Position numbers and translations under genes: made by a program. The notes beneath the pieces are model-generated. The model made no database searches, was not told where the DNA came from, and saw only the letters and a list, made by a program, of their open reading frames with translations. Shown here piece by piece: positions 9,825 through 19,643 of a stretch of DNA of 64,000 bases. Source of the DNA: a virus (lineage: Duplodnaviria > Caudoviricetes); IMG/VR virus record IMGVR_UViG_3300011008_000028; one strand, written 5' to 3'. The stretch's first letter is position 1. Each line of letters opens with the position of its first letter.

Positions 9825-12800
9825 ATGTTAGCATATTTAAATGATTTGCCAAACGAGTTCCGTGAAATGCTGAATCATGATCTCATGAACAAGACATTTG
9901 ACAAGCCGTTGGAAGAGTTCATCTTCGATGCCTTCAAAGGGTTTGAGATTCTGCCCAACATCAAGATTCTGGGATATGAATGGGTCCCAGATGAAGATAA
10001 GTATGACGTCAATGACCATGTCATTCGCAGAAACTCAAACAAGAATAAGGTCATTAAGAACATCTCCGAGACACGTTGTGGTGTACTGTACTTAGACGTT
10101 GAAGTTACAGGTACAGACAAGAACGGAATTCTGAAGACGGTGGTGCTGAAGAAACCGTTAATCATCCCAGTTGCCGACAAACACGGCTACTACACTATCA
10201 AAGGCAAGAAGTGCTATCTTATATACCAGATGGTGGATAAGATGCTCTATCCTTCCTTCGGTGCTGTAACGGTGAAGTCACTGATGCCCATCTGTGTCAA
10301 AACATCCAAAGATGATTTCACTGATACCAAGGGGAATGTATACACCATTCCGACCTACACCATTCAGATCTTCAAATCGGCAATCAATGTTCTGCTGATG
10401 TATTCCAATCTCTGTATTACCAAGTCACTGATGTTTCTTGAAGTAGATAGATTCATCAAGGTTGAGCAGAAGAACAAGGAGTACCCGGAATCTGATAACA
10501 TCATCCGTTTCGAATGTGATAACAAGACGGATGTTGTGATTGCTGTCAAGAAGAAGGCATTCGATGATCAGATCTACATTCGTTCCATTGTAGGATGCTT
10601 GGTAAAGCTCTTCAATGAGACCCATGTTCAGTATGCAGATATTGATAACTGGGAGAACTGGATGATCATCGTAGGCGGAAAGAATACAATTAGGAGAGGT
10701 ATATACCAACATATCTTCTTCAACAGATTACTGGATGAAGTTACCAGGAAAGAGTTAAAGATCAATGACTATGATAAGCAGGACATATACCATTTACTCA
10801 AATGGGTTATAGGCAATTTTCATACGTTGTGGGCGAAAGATAACCTTTCCATGATAAACAAACGTCTCAGATGTAATGAGTATATTTCATCATTCATAAC
10901 CGCAGAGGTATCAAAGCGTATAAACCGCATCGTGTCATTAGGAGATAAAGCCGGATTAAGTGACATGCTTAAGGCGTTTAAATTCCCTGAACTCTTTGGG
11001 GTTCCTTTCGAAATTGCGGGAATATCTTTAGAGCTCTAATTACTAACTCATAGTAGTGATACATATGAGGGCTGAACTAATCATTCAGGTATAGTAAAAA
11101 GATTAGAGATTAGACAATCCGCAGTGAATCAACATTAGCTATCAAAAAATATAAAAGGAGGTGTTAATATGGGAAAATATAAACTTACTAAAAGCGAAAA
11201 AGCCATCTTGGATTTGACAGAAACCTTGACATGGAAGCCTTATATATTCAATGGAAAAGAAACGATGTATGAAGTATCTGATTTAGGAATAGTTCGTAAT
11301 AAGAATTCAAAAGTTATATTGAATGGCTCTCCTGATAAACGTGGCTATATTATGCTAACATTACACATTGATGGAAAAAGTAGATCTACTTTACTGCATC
11401 GAATTGTAGCCAAAACATTTATACCAAATCCTGATAACAAGCCTACTGTAAATCACAAAGATGGAAATAAACGCAATAATGCGGTTTCCAATCTAGAATG
11501 GGCTACTCATCAGGAGAACATAACCCATGCCCTGAGGACTGGTTTAAGAGATCTACGTGGGACCAGAGCTATTAGTAATAAATATAGTGAAAAGCAAGTT
11601 TGTGACATGTGTGAATTATTACAAAAAGGATATTCAATGAAAGATGCAGCAGAGTTACTCAATGCGAATATCAATCTGGCAAGAAGAATCCTCTATTTCG
11701 GAAAATGGGCACATATCACAAAAGATTACATATTCCCAAAATACCACTTTAACAAAGATCTCGTAATAAAAACCAATGAAACGTATGCTAATGTTGAACA
11801 TTCATCGACTATCCCGAAAGGGAGTACACAGTAAGCCAATGACTGTGGAAGTGAAAGGCTCATGTAAATGAGAAGATATAGTCACAACGTACTACGAGAG
11901 TAGTAGCAGAGTTAAAAGCTCGGCCATGAACTTGCGAATCATGGTGAAGATAATTGGAAGATTTGTTTATTTCCAGATTGTATAAATCTGGAGTTCTAAG
12001 ATATATCGAGAATGATTCTGATATCGACATAAGCTCCAAGTTTGCATACACAGCAAAAGGCGAATACATTGGGGACAACACGAATGAGTACCCTAATTGG
12101 CCTTCTCTCTCATAATTGCGGGAACACCCTTAGAGCCTAACTAACCGCGGCTACTGGTGACAGATAGTGAATTTACTATATTTAATTTCTATACAAGGAG
12201 ATGATAATATGAATCCTGAAGAAATTAACAATATGAATGTTCTTGGCAAAATATTAGTTCAGGAATTAATAGATGGAATTAATTCTGGTAAATATGTAAA
12301 ATTAAAAATGAATACAATTCCACGTGATCAGGTAATTCCAGTAAAGGTTCAGCCACCTAAATCAAGAGCAAAAGAGATGGCAAGTAAACCATTCATAATA
12401 GATTGAATATAGTAAAAAGTTCAACGACTATCGACCAACACTAGTATTGGAGAAATACCATACATAGTGTCAGTAGAGTACGGACCAGGGATATTAGGTT
12501 CATATACACAATGGAGCGGTGTATATCTAAAGCGGAAACGAGAGACCCTGTATATTGGTAACAGATATACAGGGAAGATATAGTCTCAGCATGCACCGAA
12601 AGGTGTAGCAGTTCATAAGAGAACGTTATTATCTCCCAAAGATAATAAGAAGATAACTGCCAAATTCGTTAGGTGGTAAAGACACCAGAAGAATTCCAAT
12701 CCGCCAAAGAGCGTTACACCCATCCATGTTGGGCTGGCTCGATGTAGCCGCCACCAGCAGTTCGGACCCAGGACGCTCTGGTAGCTTATCTCCGTATAAT

Positions 12801-13094
12801 GAAATGAAATCAATGTATTTTGATGATTCATTATATGAGAATCAAATGCACTATGTAATAGCAAAGATGTTGGAATCTGAGGAACTTGATGATGATTGCG
12901 AGGAAATCAGAATCCACTGCGACTCTGAAGAAGAGTATAACAAGACACTGGATTTGTTGTACCATGCAGGGGAAGGTAAGATCAAAATGTTTGGCGTTAC
13001 AAACATGCCTTTCGACATTATTATTGAAAAAGATCCGAGAGTTAAGTACAGAAAATTTGATGAATCCAACCTTCTGAACAGCAATCCAGAATAA
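9825..13094 (+). CDS. Multisubunit RNA polymerase beta subunit, N-terminal part; spliced join(9825..10988,11957..12061,12660..13094), about 567 aa
   Basis: Joined exons read FKFP|EDLFISRLYKSG...YTAKG|PNSLGG...RALHPSMLGWLDVAATSSSDPG, matching the beta-subunit fork-loop / HPSHYG region of split jumbo-phage RNAPs. Confidence 0.8.
10989..11956 (+). mobile_element. Group I intron 1 in the RNAP gene
   Basis: P AATTGCGGGAA, Q CAATCCGCAG, R TTCATCGACTA, S AAGATATAGTC; P3 CCTTTC/GAAAGG; exon ends in U, intron ends in G. Confidence 0.9.
11169..11834 (+). CDS. Intron-encoded NUMOD4/HNH homing endonuclease
   Basis: YEVSDLG, HRIVAKTFIPNP, VNHKDGNKRNNAVSNLEW; ORF runs into the intron R element. Confidence 0.92.
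   Translation: MGKYKLTKSEKAILDLTETLTWKPYIFNGKETMYEVSDLGIVRNKNSKVILNGSPDKRGYIMLTLHIDGKSRSTLLHRIVAKTFIPNPDNKPTVNHKDGNKRNNAVSNLEWATHQENITHALRTGLRDLRGTRAISNKYSEKQVCDMCELLQKGYSMKDAAELLNANINLARRILYFGKWAHITKDYIFPKYHFNKDLVIKTNETYANVEHSSTIPKGSTQ
12062..12659 (+). mobile_element. Group I intron 2 in the RNAP gene
   Basis: P AATTGCGGGAA, Q-like TAACCGCGGC, R TTCAACGACTA, S AAGATATAGTC; P3 TCTCTC/GAGAGA; terminal G at 12659 restores KG|PNSLG. Confidence 0.85.
12209..12406 (+). CDS. Small intron-embedded ORF, no nuclease motif
   Basis: AGGAG RBS then ATG 12209; 65 aa, AT-rich. Confidence 0.5.
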   Translation: MNPEEINNMNVLGKILVQELIDGINSGKYVKLKMNTIPRDQVIPVKVQPPKSRAKEMASKPFIID

Positions 13095-13111
13095 TACAGA
13101 AAGGCTCAAGT

Positions 13112-13837
13112 ATGAAGCAAATAGTAAGATACAAATTCCTGTCGATACCGCACAAGTTGGCAGGTGAAATCCGTTTGACAATTGATAGCAAGTCCGTTGC
13201 CTATACCAGCACATACGAGGGAGGAAGGTCCACAAATGTTTCCATGATGCCCTCTGTGGTGCTGACCATCATGAGGGAATCAGAACGAGATGAGAATGGA
13301 AGATTCGTAAGACCACCTTGGAATCCAAATGACTCCATCCCTCTCACTCGGTATCATGTCCCTCTTCTCCTCATGGAAATGAAAGAGATATATAAGGATA
13401 TGAAGATCCCCGAGATGTATAAATACCATGGGGATAGGTTGGAGCTCAATGAGACCTTGGCATCGAAATCCCGCAAGGTGTTCATCATCGGCTCCGTGAC
13501 TGTGGAGTTGGTTCCAGTTGTAATCCAGAGAGATGAGACAACGGCAATCGAGGGAATCAAGATGAAGTTCAACAATGAATCTTCCACGGTTGCTCTGACA
13601 TTGAATGAGTTCTACTCCCTGATATATCAGATAGAGAAACTCAATCTGGATGTCATGGTCACATGGATGTATGATAAGTACATCACGGATGAGGCGAAGG
13701 AACCATATCAGAGAAAGCCCCGTGTTCGTCCCGCAATTGTGGACATTGAACCCAAGACCAGAATGGACTCTATCTTGGCGGAGACGACTGCAACTGAAAC
13801 CAAGGATATGTCATCTATGTTTGATGAGGAAGAATAA
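13112..13837 (+). CDS. Hypothetical protein
   Basis: 241-aa ORF after the RNAP subunit. Confidence 0.7.
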   Translation: MKQIVRYKFLSIPHKLAGEIRLTIDSKSVAYTSTYEGGRSTNVSMMPSVVLTIMRESERDENGRFVRPPWNPNDSIPLTRYHVPLLLMEMKEIYKDMKIPEMYKYHGDRLELNETLASKSRKVFIIGSVTVELVPVVIQRDETTAIEGIKMKFNNESSTVALTLNEFYSLIYQIEKLNLDVMVTWMYDKYITDEAKEPYQRKPRVRPAIVDIEPKTRMDSILAETTATETKDMSSMFDEEE

Positions 13838-13841
13838 CATC

Positions 13842-13867
13842 ATGCCCAGGGATCAATCCCTGGGCAT
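13842..13867 (+). terminator. Hairpin terminator
   Basis: ATGCCCAGGGAT-CA-ATCCCTGGGCAT followed by a T-rich tail. Confidence 0.75.
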
Positions 13868-13882
13868 TTCCTTTCACTTCAA

Positions 13883-13896
13883 ATATATATTATTAC
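13883..13896 (+). promoter_or_regulatory. Putative early promoter TATATATTATTA
   Basis: Recurrent intergenic motif upstream of an RBS. Confidence 0.6.
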
Positions 13897-13920
13897 TATA
13901 GAAAGGGAAGGTGATGTTAT

Positions 13921-14808
13921 ATGATTGGAGTAATTCCGAGTGGCTCCAAAACATACGAAATATTCGGAGACATAACATGTGTAGAGCCTGTTGAAGGGAA
14001 GCTGTATTATGATCCGGCAACCAGCCGGTTATACTATTACTCGAAGAAAGAAAGTCGATCGAATCCAAACACGGGATATTTTCCGGTGTGGGATGGTAAA
14101 CGAACCTATGTTACGTCAATATCCAATGCCAAATATTTCGATAAAGATGCGATTAAAGTTGACTTCAATACGATGAGTAATAACATCAGTTCTGATGTTG
14201 CAGCAGATATACGGTATAAACAACGGCATGCAACAGATGAGGATATTCTGAAACCGGCGATATCTGATGGGGATAATGCATTCACCCAATGTGTGAAAGG
14301 TGTCATCTCCGCCATGAATATCACGATGGTGGATCTGGTTGATATGACCAATCCACATATGGAAGAAGTGGCTGTGGAGAACTTCTACAATGCCCTGTCG
14401 AAAATCACATTCATGCGGAATGATAAATGGGATATTTGGTGCAATGTGATATTGCATATTCACTATGATATCAATGTTTACAAAGACGGCAAACGGATTC
14501 TGATGTACAAACACCCGGAGCAGACATTCGACACGGGAATCGTGAAGTATGATGATATTGCAAATTCCAAACAGGATCCACTGAAGAAGATCGTCAAGAT
14601 ACTGATGGTAATGTGCAATATCAGTAAGAAGCAGCTCCAGTTATCGGGGATTGATGACTACACCGTCAACAACATGATGACCACCATCAACAGTACGAAG
14701 GTGTTATCTGCACAGCTATTCAGCAGATTCATACGGCTGTCCGAACTCTCGTATGATATCCAAATCTATGACAGGAATAAGAAGTTCCTGTTCGAATATT
14801 CAGAATGA
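13921..14808 (+). CDS. Hypothetical protein
   Basis: 295-aa ORF with RBS. Confidence 0.7.
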   Translation: MIGVIPSGSKTYEIFGDITCVEPVEGKLYYDPATSRLYYYSKKESRSNPNTGYFPVWDGKRTYVTSISNAKYFDKDAIKVDFNTMSNNISSDVAADIRYKQRHATDEDILKPAISDGDNAFTQCVKGVISAMNITMVDLVDMTNPHMEEVAVENFYNALSKITFMRNDKWDIWCNVILHIHYDINVYKDGKRILMYKHPEQTFDTGIVKYDDIANSKQDPLKKIVKILMVMCNISKKQLQLSGIDDYTVNNMMTTINSTKVLSAQLFSRFIRLSELSYDIQIYDRNKKFLFEYSE

Positions 14809-14825
14809 CATAAGAGGAGTTACAA

Positions 14826-15008
14826 ATGCAACTTGAAGTGAAGTATGACAGAAACAACCACCGTGTTATTGTAGAAGATATCTCATCTGGGATAATTGGT
14901 CGAATAATCCGGGTCAAAGATGACGATGATGCATACCGTGTCATGTCATCCATCGACTTGGAGGAAGCGGCTAACCGTGTTAAAGAAATATCTCTACATA
15001 ACACTTGA
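14826..15008 (+). CDS. Small hypothetical protein
   Basis: GAGGAG RBS. Confidence 0.55.
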   Translation: MQLEVKYDRNNHRVIVEDISSGIIGRIIRVKDDDDAYRVMSSIDLEEAANRVKEISLHNT

Positions 15009-15023
15009 AAGGAGTAATGTAAA

Positions 15024-15662
15024 ATGAAATTCAGATCTAAAGATGGTAGAATCCATAACAACCGTGTCAGCATGCTGCTGGCAAACATCAAGTCCAAAGT
15101 CAGTAATCGGAAAACAGATGAGGATGAATTTCTCGATTTCGAAGAATTTGACGACGATCTCTTTGATGAGGACGACGATGATTCAGATCGGTCAATAAGC
15201 GAAATCGATAAGAATATACTCATCTCGAGTGCCAACAATCTCTCTGAAATGAGTAGAGCCGCAGACGAATCTTTGAGATCAAATACTAAAACGGTATATG
15301 ATGCTGATGCTGTTGATAAAGCAATCAATGATCAGCTTAATGCGGCTGCTAACGCTGGTATCATAAACCCTCCGGATGGGTCTTCAGCAACTGTCATCCT
15401 GGAAGATGGCAGGAAGATCGAACTCCGCAACCTACAGGCTGTAGATGACAGTACTGATATTCTGGATGAACCCATTGAAGATGATCCTCCTATACGTGTC
15501 ACTGAACATCCGGTTGAAGGTAGTGTAGACGTCTCTATACTCAGAGGCTATGCCAATGAGGATGATCCCGAGCTTGCGTATAAGCTCAAGAGGGATGCAG
15601 AGCGAGAGCGTTCCATGAGTGAAGAAGAGACGAATGACTCGGATGATGGTGAACAGCTTTAA
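15024..15662 (+). CDS. Acidic hypothetical protein
   Basis: AAGGAG RBS; D/E-rich; contains DILDEPIEDD. Confidence 0.65.
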   Translation: MKFRSKDGRIHNNRVSMLLANIKSKVSNRKTDEDEFLDFEEFDDDLFDEDDDDSDRSISEIDKNILISSANNLSEMSRAADESLRSNTKTVYDADAVDKAINDQLNAAANAGIINPPDGSSATVILEDGRKIELRNLQAVDDSTDILDEPIEDDPPIRVTEHPVEGSVDVSILRGYANEDDPELAYKLKRDAERERSMSEEETNDSDDGEQL

Positions 15663-15722
15663 GGAGATATACGATGGACGAGAAATTTTACAAAATTCTA
15701 TCGGCATGTTATCCCTGTAGGG

Positions 15723-16343
15723 GTGACTGAATGCATCGAGAACGTTACTGTGCATGATTTATTTGATATGCTTAAAGTCGAAGCTCCACTGTCGAAGAGT
15801 GACTTGCCGGATAAAGTTCTGGCTGGCATGCTGTGCAATGTCAACTATGATGCGGATACCCACAGCGTGTTGTTAAAGATTTTCTGTCATCATAAGCGCA
15901 ATGGCAACGTTATCGAAAACATTATCCCTGTCCGTTTCGAGGTATATGAAGCCACTATTGACATTAAGGAGATTATATTCGATTGCAAAAAGAAAAGCAT
16001 CTATCTCATATACATGAGTGGTGGGCTCGACAATGTTGAGATGGTGTTGACCGATGCATGGGCTTCTCCATTCCCAGATAACAAGGTTATCAAAGAAAAT
16101 CATTTGAAGGTCAAATTCAATTCATACGTTACATTGAATGAAGCTGAGTTGTGGTTCATAGAAAACTACAGACGGATTCCTGAAGAAGATGACGAGGGTC
16201 TTGATAACGTTGATTTCTGGAGGACGGAAGGTGAGAGGGGATGTAATCTACGGATTCGACCGATATATCCCTACAGCAAGGGATATCGAACCATCAGTAA
16301 TGAATGGGACTTCATCTATACCGGCAAGATTGCCAAGAAGTAA
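15723..16343 (+). CDS. Hypothetical protein
   Basis: 206-aa ORF; start uncertain. Confidence 0.55.
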   Translation: MTECIENVTVHDLFDMLKVEAPLSKSDLPDKVLAGMLCNVNYDADTHSVLLKIFCHHKRNGNVIENIIPVRFEVYEATIDIKEIIFDCKKKSIYLIYMSGGLDNVEMVLTDAWASPFPDNKVIKENHLKVKFNSYVTLNEAELWFIENYRRIPEEDDEGLDNVDFWRTEGERGCNLRIRPIYPYSKGYRTISNEWDFIYTGKIAKK

Positions 16344-16351
16344 CAAAGAAC

Positions 16352-16380
16352 CCACACCACCGGAACTTCCGGTGGTGTGG
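16352..16380. terminator. Bidirectional hairpin between convergent operons
   Basis: CCACACCACCGGAA-C-TTCCGGTGGTGTGG. Confidence 0.75.
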
Positions 16381-16449
16381 TATTCATTTTCTTTTGTATT
16401 TCTATCGAATATACTCAAGCGCCGCGACTATTGCCACGATGCGAGCTGC

Positions 16450-17277
16450 TTATTTGCAGTCGAGCTTTTCGGTTGCAGCAGTGATGTTCTTCAGAGCAGC
16501 ATCAACCTTGGTTGCAGCAGCAGATATTGCCTTGATACATTCCTTGGTTTCAGGACACTCAGTCTTCTCTGCCTTAAGCGAGTTGAGCTTTGTCGAAGCA
16601 TCTTCGATAAGTGTCTTCGCCTTGGTGATCTTCTTAAGAATTGCCGAAACCTGAGAATGGAATTCACCGAGCTTCTTAGCTGCATCTTTCTCCTTCTTAG
16701 CATCTGCTGCTTCCTTAGCCTTATCCATATCTGCCTTCTCACCGAATACAGATTCAAGCCAAGCCTGAAGCTGAGCAGGCTTTGTCTCCGCCATTTCAAG
16801 TACAGTATCCATTGCAAGATTCTCGAACTCGTCGATTGATGCTTCCTGGACAACTGTTACTGTCTGTAATGCTTCACATATATCAGCAGCTTCTTTGAAA
16901 GACTGTTGGAGCTGCTTGATTGCGTTGTTGTACTCAGAAGCTGTAAGAGTTGCTCCCTGAGGAACGGAAATTGAAGCGGTGTCATAGGGTTTTGCCGAAG
17001 GTGTTTCAGAAATGCTGTTAGGATTAACAGGTCCCATCTCGCCATTTGCAGGCTTTGCTGCGGGCTTTTCAGCAGGCTTAGGAGCTACATCCTTCTCTCC
17101 AGAATTGTTAGCATCGAAATGCTCTGCAGGAGCTGCCGGGCTCTTTGTGTCGAACTCCTGTTCACTCTCCGTGATAGGTTCGTCAAGTATGTTCAGTTCA
17201 GGCGCTATTGTTGCATCTGCATCAGCACTTTCAAATGCTGTAAGATTAAATAATCCTTTTTCCATGATTAAATTCAT
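16450..17277 (-). CDS. Putative internal head / virion protein
   Basis: Acidic Pro/Ala N-terminus, A/K-rich coiled C-terminus, xxE-S/A putative processing sites. Confidence 0.6.
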   Translation of the reverse strand: MNLIMEKGLFNLTAFESADADATIAPELNILDEPITESEQEFDTKSPAAPAEHFDANNSGEKDVAPKPAEKPAAKPANGEMGPVNPNSISETPSAKPYDTASISVPQGATLTASEYNNAIKQLQQSFKEAADICEALQTVTVVQEASIDEFENLAMDTVLEMAETKPAQLQAWLESVFGEKADMDKAKEAADAKKEKDAAKKLGEFHSQVSAILKKITKAKTLIEDASTKLNSLKAEKTECPETKECIKAISAAATKVDAALKNITAATEKLDCK

Positions 17278-17296
17278 CCTTTCAAAAAATAATTTG

Positions 17297-18691
17297 TTAT
17301 TTCCGTATTCTCATGGCCATGCCATAATCGATTGTTACAGCATTTCCATCTTCACGGAATCTGACGTTGTCAAAATGCATATCGGCATTAATATTTAATG
17401 GGATATCCATTTCCTTTATAACCGTTGCCAGATCAGAGCGGAACTCGGTTAGCTCTTTAGCACTTGGTTTCCGTGGATTTGTAATTTTTTCCATCATTGT
17501 GATACATTTATTTGGTGTAAGCCCTTGAACAGCTGCAAAGTATTTACTTGCTTTGCTATTCTTTACCTTTTCATATATTTTTTCTTCAGCCTCATTGGCC
17601 CTTGCCCCCATTTTGGAAAGAGCAACTTTCATCACGTATCCTTTCCCCGGAGGAAATAGTACGGTCCTCGTTTGCCCTAATATGGGTTTAAGCGGATTTG
17701 CTTTCTCGCCTTTAAGAGATTTATCCGAAGCAAGAATGATATTTAGAGCAGTATACTTTGCTGGGATACCTGCTTCAATACATTTCTCGGCAAATTTAGA
17801 AAGTATACCCGGACTCTTAATACTATCAATATATGATGCATCAATTGAGTAGATATTCCTCATACATTCTGCGATCGTATTAATACCGAACTGAATCTCA
17901 TTGCACAGTTCAGCAAACTCATTTATCTTTTTTAGATCATCCATAAATAGACCTGATTCCGGAATATCATATTCCTGCATTCGCTCATGAACGTAGTTGA
18001 TGGTTTTCTGAAATTCTGTAAGCCGACTTGACTTAATACTGAACTTCTTCAGTGGAGTATTCATAGCGATTAGGCTTGATAACGCAGCATTTCCTTTATA
18101 TGATAACTTATGAGTGGTTGCCAATTCGTCAGCAACCAATTTAAGTTTATTATCATTCTCAGGATCCTCAATTAGTTTGAACACTAAATTGTGAACGCCT
18201 TTAATAGGGAAATAATAGTTACCTTTCCTGCCTTTGATGGGGGTAGTAGAACCATGCTGGAGAGCATTTGATATCACTGCTGTAGATGTGATTGTAAAAT
18301 CATCTTTATTAAATGCAGCAATCAGTGGCTTGTATACAACATGAACATTTCCGAATGTTATCTTGGAACTACTATCAATTTCAGGAATCTCAACATCCCC
18401 TGTATGCTTGCCGGAAACTCCCAGCTCATCAAGTATTTGGTCAGCACTCTTTGTATCCTTTTTGAATAGTCCAGTTATAAAACCGATCAGCTTAGAAATA
18501 GCAGTTCTGATAAGGCTGAGTATCTTCTTAATGATGTCAATTATTTTTGTCCCGAAATTCTTTTTCTCTACAGGCTTCTTAGCTTCAAGAAGAATTTCAT
18601 CATGACGGTAGAATAGATCTTCACAATCAGAAGAAAATGTTTCATATAAGTAATTAGTAGGATTAAATGGTAATTCCCAAATATCAGTCAT
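17297..18691 (-). CDS. Virion-type protein with C-terminal protein-kinase-like domain
   Basis: GQTRTV, VMKVA, NEAE, DMHFDNV and IDYG kinase-fold motifs; N-terminal LLE-A plus amphipathic helix like its neighbours. Confidence 0.7.
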   Translation of the reverse strand: MTDIWELPFNPTNYLYETFSSDCEDLFYRHDEILLEAKKPVEKKNFGTKIIDIIKKILSLIRTAISKLIGFITGLFKKDTKSADQILDELGVSGKHTGDVEIPEIDSSSKITFGNVHVVYKPLIAAFNKDDFTITSTAVISNALQHGSTTPIKGRKGNYYFPIKGVHNLVFKLIEDPENDNKLKLVADELATTHKLSYKGNAALSSLIAMNTPLKKFSIKSSRLTEFQKTINYVHERMQEYDIPESGLFMDDLKKINEFAELCNEIQFGINTIAECMRNIYSIDASYIDSIKSPGILSKFAEKCIEAGIPAKYTALNIILASDKSLKGEKANPLKPILGQTRTVLFPPGKGYVMKVALSKMGARANEAEEKIYEKVKNSKASKYFAAVQGLTPNKCITMMEKITNPRKPSAKELTEFRSDLATVIKEMDIPLNINADMHFDNVRFREDGNAVTIDYGMAMRIRK

Positions 18692-18704
18692 GTTAATCCC
18701 ACCT

Positions 18705-19616
18705 TTACTTACCTACAACATCCGTATACTCTTCTGAATCACTAACGATGCCATCATTGAGTTTGGCCAGTTCCGAATCCAACTTTCTATCAACAAGAAG
18801 GAAGTATGACTTTCTCTGATCTTTCCAACCAAAATGAGTTTTGAATGCATCGTGTATCGTTGGGATGGACTTCAGCGAAATTATTTTATATTCTCCGAGA
18901 GTTTCAGCAAATTTTTCGGTAAGTTGATTACATAGAGAATTGATATTTGCATCCTCAACATGTACAACTCCTATTACCTGCCAAAGACGAGTCTGAAGAA
19001 CCTGCTGAATGCCTGATATAGCAGTTTTAGCTCCTTTGGCACCGGCAACTCCAGCAGCAGCTGCTCCAGCAGCTCCTGCTGCAACTTTCGTCGCCGCACC
19101 TGCTGCCAGATGGGCACCGATAGCCTGGCCAGCTACAGGAATAGCCTTCGATGCTATTGCTCCTTTTGCAAGTCCTGCAGCACCACCTAGAATTGCTTTA
19201 CCTGCAACACCACCGGCGGCGATACCGCCTGCAGTTATGAGTCCGCCAACAATTAATCTTGCAATGAGATTAGGCCTATAAAAGCTCACCTTGTCTTTTA
19301 CAAGGGTTTCTTCGATCTTGGGGCGAAGAGTTCTGACAATCGACTTGATACGTTCCTTGTCCTTACGAGTAACTGCTTCAAACAACGGACCATCTTCGTA
19401 TGATTCAAGAATAGCCGTACTAATGGCTTCATCTATTGCCGATTCAGTATATAGCTCTTGTCGTTCTTCAGGAGTACTAATGATAGTCTTTTCAGATAAA
19501 GCTTCAAGTGTATCAGATGCACTTTCAAAACATGCATGAAGCTGCTTTAGTACATCATTATATTCTGATCGTGTGAGCTTTATGGAATTACCTTCCATAA
19601 GTATCACTCCTTTCAT
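18705..19616 (-). CDS. Putative virion protein with Gly/Ala-rich hydrophobic core
   Basis: Long GA-rich segment; N-terminal motif shared with 16450..17277. Confidence 0.6.
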   Translation of the reverse strand: MKGVILMEGNSIKLTRSEYNDVLKQLHACFESASDTLEALSEKTIISTPEERQELYTESAIDEAISTAILESYEDGPLFEAVTRKDKERIKSIVRTLRPKIEETLVKDKVSFYRPNLIARLIVGGLITAGGIAAGGVAGKAILGGAAGLAKGAIASKAIPVAGQAIGAHLAAGAATKVAAGAAGAAAAGVAGAKGAKTAISGIQQVLQTRLWQVIGVVHVEDANINSLCNQLTEKFAETLGEYKIISLKSIPTIHDAFKTHFGWKDQRKSYFLLVDRKLDSELAKLNDGIVSDSEEYTDVVGK

Positions 19617-19643
19617 TTGGAATTAACTTTCGTTATGATCTTG

